This document shows positions 39,590 through 53,904 of a stretch of 64,000 bases of DNA, piece after piece (position 1 is the first letter of the stretch; every line of letters begins with the position of its first letter). The notes beneath the pieces are model-generated. The model saw only the letters and a list, made by a program, of their open reading frames with translations. It did no database searches and was not told the DNA's origin. Origin of the DNA: Octopus vulgaris (taxonomy: Eukaryota); assembly GCA_951406725.2 (NCBI GenBank), contig OX597840.1, positions 29,512,001 to 29,576,000 on the forward strand, in the 5' to 3' direction. Both the position numbers and the translations under genes were made by a program.

Positions 39590-39693
39590 TAAGTGCGTTT
39601 CATGACAACATATTCCTCGGTATTGCTGAAATAGAATGTCTCTAAATACAATACCATATTAAAACGATTATATTGCCAATCTTCAGGTCTAGC
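39590..39693 (-). ncRNA. degenerate hammerhead remnant
   Basis: CUGAAGA-u UGGCAAUAU...AUGUUGUCA u-GAAAC. Stem II is well paired, but the cleavage site and 3' stem I are disrupted. Confidence 0.45.
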
Positions 39694-39955
39694 ATATAGG
39701 AACTTATTTTTCCTATATACATTGTATATTAAGACATAATGAACTAAAATTATATAACTAGAAGTTGTTGGAGTAATTTCACTTTAGTAAATAATGAACA
39801 GAAATGTGGAATAAAAGTAGGAAAAAGAATGGTAATTTTCTCTCCATGAATTAAACATGGCTACCAGCAATCGTATAATCCAACATTGAGAGCTATATAT
39901 ACTACTTCCTCCACCACCACCACCACCACCAACACCAACATATATAAACTAGCAC

Positions 39956-40171
39956 GGCGGCGAGCTGGCAGACTCATTAGCATGCCGGGCGAAATGCGTA
40001 GCCGTATTTCATCTGCTGTTACGTTCTGAGTTCAAATTCCGCCGAGGTCGACTTTGCCTTTCATCCTTTCGGGGTCGTTAAATTAAGTACCAGTTACGCC
40101 CTGGGGTCGATGTAATCGACATAATCCTTTTGTCCCCTCTGTGTTTAGCCCCTTGTGGGCAGTAGTGAAAT
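39956..40171 (+). mobile_element. SINE family B with 18-bp TSD
   Basis: acatatataaactagcac at 39938-39955 and 40172-40189. Confidence 0.93.
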
Positions 40172-40371
40172 ACATATATAAACTAGCACATGCACGCTGA
40201 CTCCCTTACTCGATTTAATACCTTGGCTGAAAAATAGGAATCCCAGAATATGTTCAGATAAGATGTTTTATCTTTTCAACCCTGTCATCTACTCTTCTAT
40301 TTCTGTGCAGATCATAAGCCCCTAATTAATTCTTTTCATTATTTTGTCTGTTTAATTACCATGTCATCATA

Positions 40372-40944
40372 CTCTCTTTTACTCTTTTACTTGTTTCAGT
40401 CATTTGACTGTGGCCATGCTGGAGCACCGCCTTTAGTCGAGCAAATCGACCCGGGACTTATTCTTTGTAAGCCCAGTACTTATTCTATTGGTCTCTTTTA
40501 CAGAACCGCTAAGTGACGGGGACATAAACACACCAGCATCGGTTGTCAAGCAATACTAGGGGGACAAACACACATGCACATATATATATATATATACACA
40601 TATACGACGGGCTTCTTTCAGTTTCCGTCTACCAAATCCACTCACAAGGCTTCGGTCGGTCTGAGGCTATAGTAGAAGACACTTGCCCAAGGTGCAACAC
40701 AGTGGGACTGAACCCGGAACCATGTGGTTGGTATTCAAGCTACTTACCACACAGCCACTCCTGCGCCTAGATATATATATACGACGGGCTTCTTTCAGTT
40801 TCCGTCTACCAAATCCACTCACAAGGCATTGGTCGGCCCAAGCCTATAGCAGAAGACACTTGCCCAAGATGCCACGCAGTGGGACTGAACCCGGAACCGT
40901 GTGGTTGGTAATCAAGCTACTTACCACACAGCCACTCCTGCGCC
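40372..40944 (-). mobile_element. SINE family A with a second tandem 5' half
   Basis: 40372-40767 is a full copy; 40781-40944 is an extra head module. Confidence 0.9.
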
Positions 40945-41307
40945 AATAGTTTCGTCTTCCTTGTTGTTGCCTAAGATAACCTTAGCTCACGCATTTCCTT
41001 AATCTGCGACATGTTCTTTCACTCATCTATGAAAGTTTATCACACAATCACACAGTTATCCATCTCTAATTTTGTCTTAGACTGTCTCTCAGATTCTCCA
41101 ATTCTATTTACTATTATCAACATTTGCTGTCTTGTTAAATAAACTATGCCACACAAATCATGTCCTGACTTCCTCCCTCTCTCTGTATCACTATGTCTCT
41201 CTCTCTCTCTCTCTCTCTCGCTCTCTCTTGGCCTCACTCTGTCTGTGTGTCTCTCTCTTTCGATTACCAATCGCCTCGCCAAGGCTTCCTACTTCCTCCA
41301 TCACAAC

Positions 41308-41719
41308 TTATTTCTGTACTACCCACAAGGGGCTAAACGCAGAGAGGACAAACAAGGACAGACAAACGGATTAAGTCGATTATATCGACCCCAGTGCGTA
41401 ACTGGTACTTATTTAATCGACCCCGAAAGGATGAAAGGCAAAGTCAACCTCGGCGGAATTTGAACTCAGAACGCAATGTCAGACCAAATACCTATTTCTT
41501 TACTACCCACAAGGGGCTAAACACAGAGAGGACAAACAAGGACAGACAAACGGATTAAGTCGATTATATCGACCCCAGTGCGTAACTGGTACTTATTTAA
41601 TCGACCCCGAAAGGATGAAAGGCAAAGTCGACCTCGGCGGAATTTGAACTCAGAATGTGAAGACGAAATACCGCTAAGCATTCCGTCCGGCGTGCTAACG
41701 ATTCTGCCAACTTGCCGCC
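41308..41719 (-). mobile_element. SINE family B, head plus two 184-bp bodies
   Basis: Flanked by an imperfect TSD, cttcctcca(t/c)cacaac. Confidence 0.9.
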
Positions 41720-41855
41720 TTCTTCCTCCACCACAACCACCCTATATAAACTTGTGCACGCACTCAGATTCCCCTACTTGATTCTTAATACCTCCACCGA
41801 AAGAATATGTATCCAGGAGATGCTCTTGTCCAGATTTGCTAGTTCGAAGTGTGCA

Positions 41856-42140
41856 TGCAATGAGGAAGGAATCAGGCTGCTGGAGTTCTGTGATGCAAAT
41901 GATCTTATGGTTTGCAATACTAACTTCAGGAAACCTGCCTGTCACCTAGTCACCTACTCTTCTGGCAGACACACTAGTCAAATTGACTACATCCTCACCA
42001 GTAAAAGGGAAAGTTGGCTAGTTATAAATACCAAAGTGTTCCCAGGCGAAAAATGTACCCGACAACATAGACTGGTTTTTAGTGACTTCAGGATCAGGGC
42101 TAAATGGATGCCCAGAAGACGACTAGCATGGAGGAGAAGC
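41856..42140 (+). mobile_element. RTE LINE endonuclease fragment
   Basis: CNEEGIRLLEFCDANDLMVCNTNFRKPACHLVTYSSGRHTSQIDYIL, same family as 13381-14615. Confidence 0.9.
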
Positions 42141-42327
42141 ACCTTTGGCAAGTGCCTTCTATTATAACCCCAGGCCGACCATAGCCTTGAGAGTGGATGT
42201 GGCAGATGGAAACTAAAAGAAGTCCATTGTATATATATATGTATGTATGTGTGTGTGTGTATGTGTGTATGTGTGTTTGTATGTTTGTATGTGTGTGTGT
42301 GTATGTGTGTATGTGTGTTTGTATGTT

Positions 42328-42363
<36 letters not shown>

Positions 42364-42695
42364 GTGTTTGTACCCTCACCATTGCTTGACAACCGAGGCT
42401 GGTGTGTTTACTTCCCTGTAACTTAGTGGTTTGGCAGAAGACACCAATAGAATAAGTAGTAGGTTTACAAAGAATAAGTCCTGGGGTCAGTTTGTTCAAG
42501 TAAATGCCATGCTCCATCATGGCCACAATCAAACGACTGAGCAAATAAAAGAATAAAGGAATACCTACGTACATATATACATGAATGTCTGTAGAGAGAG
42601 AGAGAGAGACAGAAAGAGAGAGACAGAGAGAGAGACAGAAAGAGAGAGAGAGACAGAGCAATTATATGTATATATGTATAAATATATATATAAAT

Positions 42696-42726
<31 letters not shown>

Positions 42727-42745
42727 GCATGTATATAAATTATAC

Positions 42746-42795
<50 letters not shown>

Positions 42796-42861
42796 TTTAT
42801 GTATATATATATGTATGTATATATATATGCAATGTATATATATATATATATATATGTAATG

Positions 42862-42896
<35 letters not shown>

Positions 42897-43210
42897 GTAT
42901 GTGTGTGTGTGTGTAGATGCATAAGTATGTGTATGTATATATATATATATTTGGCGTTAGGAAGGGCATCCAGCTGTAGAAACTCTGCCAGATCAAGATT
43001 GGAGCCTGGTGCAACCATCTGGTTCGCCAGCCCTCAGTCAAAATCGTCTAACCCATGCTAGCATGGAAAGCGGACGTTAAACAATGATGATGATCATGAT
43101 GATGATATATATATATTTATGCAATTATATATGTATACTTATATATATGTATATATATATAAGCATATATATGTATATATATATGTATATATATATAAGC
43201 ATATATATAA

Positions 43211-43360
43211 GCAGGAGTGGCTGTGTGGTAGGTAGCTTGCTAACCCAACACATGGTTCCGGGTTCAGTCCCACTGCTTGGCATCTTGGGCAAGTGTCTTC
43301 TGCTATAGTCTCGGGCCGACCAAAGTGGATTTGGTAGATGGAAACTGAAAGAAGCCTGTC

Positions 43361-43420
<60 letters not shown>

Positions 43421-43643
43421 GTGTGTGTGTGTGTTTGTGTGTCTGTGTTTATCGCCCTAGCATTGCTTGACAACCGATGCTGGTGTGTTTACGTCCCCGT
43501 AACTTAGCGGTTCGGTAAAAGAGACCGATAGAATAAGCAATGGGCTTACAAAGAATAAGTCCCGGGGTCGATTTGCTCGACTACAGGCGGTGCTCCAGCA
43601 TGGCCGCAGTCAAATGACTGAAACAAGTAAAAGAGTAAAAGAG
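43211..43643 (+). mobile_element. SINE family A
   Basis: Family A consensus. Confidence 0.9.
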
Positions 43644-44314
43644 TATACATATAAGTATGTGTGTATGTAAATATACGTGCGTGTGTGTGTGTGTGTGTGT
43701 ATCTTTGAGGATCATGAAATTACATCCACTGCGGAATGTTCTGTGGTCAACTTTTCCTTCCATTCCCCTCGCCCCCGCAAAAGGTAGGGAACGGACAGAC
43801 TTTAATAACAAATAAATTATAATTATGGACAGAAAAGTAAGTATTAAATTTTCCCTGATACTTTCCACAATACTAGAAATTCATAGCTTAAAGCTATAAG
43901 AGGGAAGCCAACACAACGATTCTGTTAAATCTCACTCACTTTATATTATGTTTTGTTCAGTTTCTCTTGCTTCCTGACCAATATCTATGTGACTCTAGTT
44001 GAATATCACACACAGACGTTCACACACTATCAGGTTGAATACCGCTTGTACACTATTTTACTATGAAATATTGATGCATTTTATCTTAATATATATCCTG
44101 TTGCTATTTACCCTGAAGGTACTGATCTGGCGTCAGAAACAGTATTAACTTCAGCTGCCTGTTGCTCGTTTCCTTTGATGAGATATATATGTGTGTGTAT
44201 ATATGTGTGTGTGTGTGTGTGTGTGCGTGCGTGCGTGCGTGTGTGTATACATAGATACATATTTATATATACACACACATATATATATATATAGATGCAT
44301 ATCTATATATATGT

Positions 44315-44345
<31 letters not shown>

Positions 44346-44609
44346 AACATACATATACATATATCTTTGTGTGTTTGCGTGCACTATATTATATATATAT
44401 GCATATATATATATATACATGCATGGATTTATATATGTATATACATATATAGAGAGTAAGAGAGAGAGAGAGAGGGAGTGAAGGTAGGTATAAATACATG
44501 CATGAATTTGTATTTGTAAATGATTAATGGCTTGTAAACATACATCCATATGTGTATGTTTATATATATATATATATATACACATAGATACATATATATG
44601 TGTGTAAGT

Positions 44610-44698
<89 letters not shown>

Positions 44699-44989
44699 TA
44701 CATATATATGTGTGTATGTATACATACATATATATATATATCTGTAATATATATGTATGTATACATACACATACACCCACACACATTTCTTTTCCAAATG
44801 AAATTTCCATGATTTCGACTGGAGTGAAATTCTACCATTTCATCATCTCCCGCAGAGTCGATTCCAAGAACACATTGCGAGTTTTAAGTAAAGCATGGAC
44901 ATAGCAGCTCCACCATTTTGCTGGCCCCTACCCCCAACCACCACCACCACCACCACCACCACCACCACCACCACCACCACCACCACTAT

Positions 44990-45029
<40 letters not shown>

Positions 45030-45209
45030 ATTGTTGTCGTCATTATCATCATCAAAGCAAATGTAATTAAATAATTCAATCCAGAGCAATAATTTGAGAA
45101 CAGCAATGTACCAAAGTAATTTGCTTTACTTCTGAAATAACATGCAAATGTGTGTCCATCTGTGTGTATATATATATATATATACACACACACACATATA
45201 TATACACAC

Positions 45210-45261
<52 letters not shown>

Positions 45262-45360
45262 ATTTATATATATATAAACACACACACACATACACACATA
45301 TATATATATATTGTCCGCTAACTAGAAAAGTTTTTATTCTCTGTCTATTTTCTCTTATTC

Positions 45361-45396
45361 CTTTCTGTTGAAGAGCGTTGGCTTGAAACGTAAAAG
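45361..45396 (+). ncRNA. minimal type I hammerhead-like motif, A6U core (CUGUUGA)
   Basis: CUUU-CUGUUGA-a-GAGC guug GCUU-GAAA-CG-UA-AAAG. Island 45310-45465 lies between (TA)n tracts. Confidence 0.55.
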
Positions 45397-45479
45397 ACGT
45401 TATCACTTTCCTGAGCGTCAAACTAATACACCTGTCTTTGTCTTTTTTTCTGTAAATTTCAACTATATATATATATATA

Positions 45480-45812
45480 CCGGGCCGATGCCAGCACCGC
45501 CTTGTCTGGCTTCTGGGCCGATGCCAGCACCGCCTCGTCTGGCTTCTGTGCCGGTGACACATAAAATACACCAATCCGACCGTGGCCGTTGCCAGCCTCG
45601 CCTGGCACCTGTGCAGGTGGCACGTAAAAAGCACCCACTACACTCACGGAGTGGTTGGCGTTAGGAAGGGCATCCAGCCGTAGAAACACTGCCAGATAAG
45701 ACTGGAGCCTGGTGCAGCCTTCTGGCTTCCCAGATCCCCGGTCGAACCGTCCAACCCATGCTAGCATGGAGAACGGACGTTAAACGATGATGATGATGAT
45801 GATGATGATGAT
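45480..45812 (+). mobile_element. RTE LINE 3'UTR tail (family C)
   Basis: Conserved tail plus (gat)n. Confidence 0.88.
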
Positions 45813-45834
45813 ATATATATACACACACATATAT

Positions 45835-45910
<76 letters not shown>

Positions 45911-45917
45911 ATGTATA

Positions 45918-45962
<45 letters not shown>

Positions 45963-45980
45963 TAGATATAGATATATGTT

Positions 45981-46039
<59 letters not shown>

Positions 46040-46509
46040 GAAGTGATCCCAAGATAAGAAATCTTTGAGCTTTAATTCATCCCGTATCTCTATTTATTAT
46101 TTATTATTTATTATTTATTATTTATTATTATTCTGATCCCCCTAGTCGCCACTCTGTTTACTATTTCAGCCTCGCCTCGTTTTTGCATATTCTGTATAAT
46201 TCATTAGTTATCGTTATAGATATTTAAGATCTCCCTTACAGGGCTGATCGAATTGGCCGCCGATTCTTCGTGGCGCGCCCGCCCTACCCACCCCCACCAC
46301 CAATACCGGATATCTCTATTTTGCTCCAACTATACCGGATGTCGTTTCTCCCACCACCATTATAGGTGTCTACTCTTTGAACCCCCTCTTCAATACGCTT
46401 TTTCACCATGCATTACCCCTCTCTCGATATCCTACGTTCTACTTGCCTAGAACCTGTCCTCTGAACCACCCCTCCCACTGGTGCTCCCCTATATTTCTGC
46501 ACCCCCCCC

Positions 46510-46755
46510 ATAAAAAGCACCATCCGAACGTGGCCGATGCCAGACCCCTCTGGCACCTGTGCAGGTGGCACGTAAAAAACACCCACTACACTCGCGGAGT
46601 GGTTGGCATTAGGAAGGGCATCCAGCTGTAGAAACACTGCCAGACTAGACTGGAGCCTGGGGCAGTCCCGAGCTCCCCAGACCCCGGTCGAAACCGTCCA
46701 ACCTGTGCTAGCGCGGAAAACGGACGTTAAACGATGATGATGATGATGATGATGA
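46510..46755 (+). mobile_element. RTE LINE 3'UTR tail (family C)
   Basis: Conserved tail plus (gat)n. Confidence 0.86.
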
Positions 46756-46979
46756 TATATTACAGATATAGGGTAAAGAATTATTAATTTAATAAATTAA
46801 CAAATTTTACCAAGTAGTTTCTGTATGGAAAAGAACCATATTCGGTAAAAACTTATACAAAAAGTATTTTTTATATATAATTATAACAATAATTAAGGGT
46901 TTAGCAACAAGTTGCTTCACCACATACTGAAAAATTTAGAAATAGCAGCCAAATTACCACTATTTCTATTCCCTACAAA

Positions 46980-47325
46980 ATATGTCTCCACAGATAACAA
47001 TATTTGTAACTCACACAGGTAAAAAGAAGAAAAATAATGAAATCAAACAGTCTTTGATTAATTATGGACACGTTTCTGGATTAGAATTATAAAAATTCAT
47101 TTCCTTTGTCGACATAATATTTCAAGAATTATAAATTTGAAAATGCTAGAACTTACCCTTTGCATTTCTGATCAAGAGCCATCAGGACATAGCACAAGGC
47201 AGTCAGCATATCCAAATTTATATAGATGAGTGAATTTGTATAATTAATCAAAGACTGCTTGATTTCACTATTTTTCTTCTTTTTACCTATGTGAGTTACA
47301 AATATTGTTATCTGTTGAGACATAT
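46980..47325. repeat. imperfect inverted repeat, ~85-bp arms and ~175-bp spacer
   Basis: 46980-47065 is approximately the reverse complement of 47240-47325. Confidence 0.85.
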
Positions 47326-47369
47326 AATAAGTAGAGAACAAATAAAGAGGGATATATTGGTTGAAAAAA

Positions 47370-47625
47370 TATAAATTGGTTTGATATCTTAAAGAAAACA
47401 ATAAGGATTTTAAGTTAGATTGGTTCATCCTGTCCATATCTTTCCCTTATGATAAGGGCAAAGGATTTTGTAACATTTGCAACTCTGAACTCTTCCCTAT
47501 TATCTTCTCTAAGAAGCACCTTGCTAACACACTTATAGAGCCATCTTACAAATGTAAACACTGGCAGAAACATACCTTTAGCTCATATAAGTGATTTTGC
47601 CAGTCTTTATAGTTTGAACAGTTAG
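47370..47625 (+). mobile_element. PLE GIY-YIG C-terminal fragment (same clade as 53905-55385)
   Basis: YLKENNKDFKLDWFILSISFPYDKGKGFCNICNSELFPIIFSKKHLANTLIEPSYKCKHWQKHTFSSYK aligns with the ORF 53889..54224 translation. Confidence 0.8.
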
Positions 47626-47872
47626 TTTAACTTGCACATTACTTCAATAGAGAAATCTACTTCCAAGCCTTTGAACATTTTTTCAACCAATATATCCCTA
47701 TTTATTTGTCATCTACTTATTATTTCATTACTCCTTCTCTTCCTAGAGTCTGCCTTTTACATCAGATCTACAAACGGTTTTCTAAAAATACTTAATAGCG
47801 TTCTGATTATCATTCATGCAGTCATCAAAATTGTTATAATGTCTTCTTGTTAAGATAGGTTCTCTTTCTTTC

Positions 47873-47950
47873 CTGATGAGAAGATTATATTATTTTACAC
47901 CGTTTATTTCTTTGGAATAAAACCAGTGTTGTCTTCGAAACATCTGCGTT
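47873..47950 (+). ncRNA. degenerate hammerhead remnant downstream of the PLE ORF end
   Basis: CUGAUGA-GAAGAU...GUCUUC-GAAAC aucugc GU. Stem I does not pair. Confidence 0.4.
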
Positions 47951-48126
47951 CAACTCCATTTATTTACTTATACTATACAAATTACTGCACATTAACCCAG
48001 AGTTTCTACCTTTGAATAGGTCGCTACATCCTTGTTACTTGCGTGAATTTTGCTACCCTGGTAACTGTTTATGGAATTTTCTATGTTAACAGTAAACAAA
48101 GGATAATTCATTCATCCATTTACATA

Positions 48127-48193
<67 letters not shown>

Positions 48194-48227
48194 TGATATA
48201 TTTTATATATATATATACACACAAATG

Positions 48228-48260
<33 letters not shown>

Positions 48261-48442
48261 CTAGAAATGGCTCCAATGAATGTAGCATTCATTTTTTAAA
48301 GGTGTTTCATTTTTCTCAACTAATCAATAGACCAACTGAGTAAACCTATCAGTAATGTACCTGTAATGATTACTGGAAACAGCTGTAAGGCAAATTTGCT
48401 CCAACAAAGGAATAATATGTAATGACCATTATTTATACCTTG

Positions 48443-48493
<51 letters not shown>

Positions 48494-49234
48494 TGTAATC
48501 CCATTTTGATATAATTTAATAATTGAAACACAATGTGAAAAGATGGTATGACAAGATCATTTAAATGGGAAAGAAACAAAGAAGAAAGCGATAATCATTA
48601 TTCGAGAAATCATGGCATCATTTTCTCTTTTTGACGATGAGAAACTAATTTCTTCAAACAGAAATAGATTTTTCTTTTTTCTACAAGTTTCCGGACAAAC
48701 AACTTTACAGTTTGCAATTTCAAGCCAATAATTCCAAGCCAAAATATATATAAAAAAAATTAAAAATGAAAAATAAAAAGAAAAAAACCAAATTTCTAAA
48801 TGATTTCTAAACCAAACTGTCTTTTTTTTGTAATAATTATTCAATCACTATTATACAAACGAATCGTTAGTCTTTGCAATTAGTAGAAAAAAATCCAGAA
48901 AACAGACATTTTTTAAAGAGTTGTATTTGATGTATCAATTACTACTAATTTTTAATCAATAATATTACAACACATTGCGTTTCTTGTCTTCTGTGTAGTT
49001 TCGGTATTTTTATGGCAGCAGATTCTATGACAGAACTAATATGGTCAAATTTACGAGGGAAATATGGTGGTTTGTTTTTTGTTTGTATTTTTTCTTTTTA
49101 TGTATTTAAAGCATCAACAATATTGTTGGATTGAATAAAAAAAATTTTTTTTCCTTTTTAACAGCAACAGATTTTATGAATTTATTAATTTATTTATCAG
49201 GAATTGATTCTGAATGGAAGTTAGTGTTTTGCAA

Positions 49235-49390
49235 AATAATGACAATGATAACAGAACAACAACAACGACAACGACAACAACAACGACAACGACAACAACA
49301 ACAACAACAACAACAATAATAAAACAAAAACTATTTCTACTACTGCTACTAAAAGTAATATTAAAAATAATCGTTGTAGTAGTAGTGGTG

Positions 49391-49453
<63 letters not shown>

Positions 49454-49690
49454 ACAACAAGAGCGATGATAAAACTAAAAATACTTCCACTGCTACTAAA
49501 AGTAACATTAATAATAATAATAATAATGATAATAATAATAATAATAATAATAATAATTGTAGTAGTGGTGGTGGTAGTAGTAGTAATAGTGTTAGTAGTA
49601 GTTGTAGTAATAGTAGTAACAACAAGAGCAACAATAAAACTAAAAATACTTCCACTACTACTAAAAGTAACATTAATAATAATAATAATT

Positions 49691-49725
<35 letters not shown>

Positions 49726-49744
49726 TGTAGTAGTTGTAGTAGTT

Positions 49745-49789
<45 letters not shown>

Positions 49790-49800
49790 ATGACAACAAC
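49235..49800. repeat. three-unit minisatellite built from (ACA)/(TAA)/(GTA) tracts and a unique spacer
   Basis: ataaaac.aaaa.ta.tt.c.act.ctactaaaagtaa.atta spacer occurs 3 times. Confidence 0.85.
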
Positions 49801-50324
49801 CATTATATAATAACCATAATAATAATAAAAAAAAATTACAAAATAAAAATGCAGATAAAACTTTGGAAATAACTTACAAAATATAAAAACAGTAATACAA
49901 TAAAAAAAAAACGAAAGCGAGACAAAAAAACAAACAAACACGAAACAGAATTACATCTAACCTACATAATAAATTATATTTGATCTTGCGATCAACAAAA
50001 TATTTGTTTACATATGTACTGGTACATATTTGTAGTGTGTGTGTTTATAGGAAATACATGTAGGTTAGGAATACACTAACACACACACACAGGCACACAG
50101 TGTATTATCATCCACATGCACAAATACATACACACACACACACACACACAATTATGGACACGAATATATGTATGCATGTATGGATGCACATGTGCATAAA
50201 TCTACATAAATCTGAATATATAAGACTTCTTATTAATATATATACGTATATATATATGTATATATATATTTATATATGTATTGTATTTATGCATGTGTGT
50301 ATAGGAGTGTTTCTGTATACACAT

Positions 50325-50361
<37 letters not shown>

Positions 50362-50468
50362 TATATATTTATATATATATATGCATATGTGTGTGTATAC
50401 ATATATGCATACATATGCATGTATGTTTGTACTATGTATGTATATATATATATAGCATATATATATAT

Positions 50469-50527
<59 letters not shown>

Positions 50528-50695
50528 CATATACATATATATACATATACATATACATACATATATATATATACATATATATACATATATATGTATACAT
50601 ATATATATATATACACATATATACATATATATGTATACATATATATATACACATACATACATATATATATATGCACACACACATATGTATATATA

Positions 50696-50759
<64 letters not shown>

Positions 50760-51201
50760 ATAAAATATATGTGTGTGTATGTAACAAATGTGACAGGGAG
50801 AGTAAAACTTAATGATTTACAAAAACAAAGTACAAAGAGAAAACAACAAAAAAATGCTCAATAGAAAATGAAATCTCTTTGAAGACATTCAATTTTCATT
50901 ATGATATTATACTTCTCTTCTAGAAACTTCCAAAATATATTCAAATAAATCATGGAATTATTTGCAACACTGAAGAATAGTTTGCGGAAATTGATCTTCC
51001 TGCAACTTGTAACAATTAACAAACTATTTGGGCTTTCTGTTATGTAAAAGTGATACATGGTTTCTTTGTGACAGACTTCCAGACATCAATGGGGAATTGA
51101 GCTGAGATGCATCTGTTTTCTCTCCTTGCAGTGTTTCATCTAATCATTGTTGTCATCCTTGCCATAATCCTCATCATTGTCATCGCCATTCTCATTGCCA
51201 T

Positions 51202-51780
51202 ATGGTTTCTGATTACAAATATCTTGGGTCATACATATCATCATCTGGAAAAGATTTTCTAACTAGAAAGGGTATGGCCTGGTCAGCCTGTAATGACATG
51301 CATAAGATCTGGTCACCAAATCTAAGTAGAGACTTCAAACTTAAAATCTTCAAAGCCACAGTCGAACCAATTCTACTATATGTCTCAGAAACCTGGACGT
51401 TATCAAAGAAGCTTGAGAGGCGGTTGGATGGAACTTACACTCGCCTCCTTATGAGAGCTCAAAATCTCTCGTTGAAGCGTCATCCAACCAAAGTACAAAT
51501 ATATGGGAAACTACCACCTGTATCATCTCTTGTGAAAGGTAGGAGAGTCCAGTTTGCTGGACATTGTTGTAGAGATGAAAACGAGGCAATTTCTACTCTT
51601 CTCCTCTGGAAGACATCTACTCACGATACCAGAGGGCGCACACTCTCCTACCCTGATGTAATCTCCAGGAATACAGGCATCCAGCAACAGAACCTCCATA
51701 ATGCTATGATGGACCGTGAAGTCTAGCGTAGCATGGTAAATTCCATTGTCTCGACCACGGTCGAACAATGATGATGATCA
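51202..51780 (+). mobile_element. RTE/RTEX-like LINE ORF2 C-terminus, 5'-truncated, (TGA)n tail
   Basis: YKYLGS...KIW...KLKIFKATVEPILLYVSETWTL...RRVQFAGH...MMDREV. Confidence 0.9.
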
Positions 51781-52777
51781 TCATCGTTATCATTCAATGT
51801 CCATGGACACAGTGTGAGACGACTGTTGTTATCATTAGGCCTAACTCATCATAAAGTCAATACCACCATGACCGATATCCAAACTACAGTGGAGAAGGCT
51901 AGCCACTGGATTTGGTTAAAAAGAGACGATGAGCAATGGCTAGAAGAATATTGAGCTTTATTTGATAACCAGTTGATCTAGCAAGCGGGGCTTCATATCA
52001 GTGAGTGGGGGCCGGTGCGCATTGATGCAGTCGTGAGATAGGCCCCGAAATGGTGTGCATTCTCTCCTGATGACCCCATACACTTGCTGGCTTCCGGTAT
52101 GAAGAGTTTTTGACTGGTAGCACTTGTTTGCAAGACAACATGGCTTCTTTGTGACAGACTTCCATACAACAATGGGGAATTGAGCCGAGACTCATATATT
52201 TTCTTTCCTTGCAGTGTTTAATATAATCATTGTTATATTGCCATAATCATCATCATTGTCATTGCCATCATCATCATCATCATTATCATTCAATAACCAT
52301 GTTCCATGGTGGCATGGGTCAAACAGTATGACAAGATTCGTTAGGTCTGAAGACTACCTCATGCAACAGTGTCTGCTTTCGCATGGTTACTACCGCCTGA
52401 TGCCTTTCCCAATGCCAACCATTTTTCAATATGCATGTACACGGTGCTCTTTTGCATAGCACCAGCACTAGTGAGGTCTCTATGCTGTCTGAAACTGCAA
52501 GATCTCCTTTGACTGAGCAAGAGGAGAACAAAAGACAATACTGTCAAATTTAATTATATTTTTAGCGGAATTTCACATTTTTTAATTTTAATATTTCCTT
52601 AAAAAAACAAGGTTCATAAATGCAGGCGTGACTATATAATAAATTTTTCTTCTCGACCACATGGTTCCAGGTTCAGTCCCACTGTGTAGCAACTTGGAAT
52701 GTCTTCTACTATAGCCCCAAGACAACCAAAGCCTTGTGAGTGGATTTGGTAGAGGGAAACTGAAAGAAGCCCATTGA

Positions 52778-52815
<38 letters not shown>

Positions 52816-53211
52816 TGAACACAACCAAAAATCAACTCCAGAAATATATTGCATCAGCTGGAACTGCCTTCAAACAACACCTGGGAATCGAACCCACAAT
52901 CTAGGGATCATAAGTGCAACAGCCTAGCCACTAGGTCATACACCTTCACAAAAGGTAATCATTAGTGGAGGATTATCTGAGGGGTTAGTCTTTTATTCTT
53001 ATCTTTTACTGTCATTTGACTGCGGCCATGCTGGAGCACCACTTTAAGAGTTTTAGTCAAAGAAATCAACCTCAGGACTTATTCTATCAGTCTCATTTGC
53101 CGAATTGCTAAGTTACATGATGTAAACACACCAACATCGGTTGTCAAGCAATGGTCGTGGGGAACAAACACAGACACATGCACATACAGATATATACAGA
53201 CAGGCACATAC

Positions 53212-53247
<36 letters not shown>

Positions 53248-53904
53248 CAGGCTTCTTTTAGTTTTCTTCAACCAAATCTGCTCACAAGACTTTGGTCGAC
53301 CCAAGGCTATAGTAGAAGACACTTACTCAAGGTGCCATGCAGTGGGACTGAACCCAGGACGTGTGGTTGGGAAGCAAGCTTCTTACTACACAGCCATGCT
53401 TTGCAAAGTTTCAAAAATTGAAGGAAGATTTTGAGACAAGATATAAGGACTTCATTAACCCCAGGAATCTTAATTGGGTAAGAGAAAAGGAAAAAGAAAA
53501 AGAAAATGTTGACGTACAAAACAAAACAGGTTGATTTTCAGAAGAACATCATTGATTTGCAGAATTTTGGAGAAGTAAATAAGATTTTTGAAAATCAAAT
53601 CTTGTGTAAAATGTTGCTGCAATCTCGTCTGCGTTATTCGTTTTTGTGGAATGAAGCCAAACTAATTTTTATTACGTTTCCATCTTCTGGTATGGTGGGA
53701 AACGGGTTTAGTACATTGTCATCATCGATGCTGTCGTTGTTGTTATTCTTTTACTTGTTTCAGTCATTTGACTGCAGCCATCCTCCTTTTTGCAATTATC
53801 GGCATCATCATCATCATCATCATCATTACCATCTTCGTCGTCATCCTCCTCCTCATCATCATTGTCATCATCGTCATCATCGTCATCATCACAAGAAGAC
53901 AGTT

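Noticed and set aside
49174-49941. Thr-rich mucin-like ORF
   Set aside because: Minisatellite of simple triplets, open in multiple frames, with no splice or domain evidence.
52067-52110. CTGATGA followed by a catac/gtatg hairpin
   Set aside because: GAAA and stems I/III are absent.
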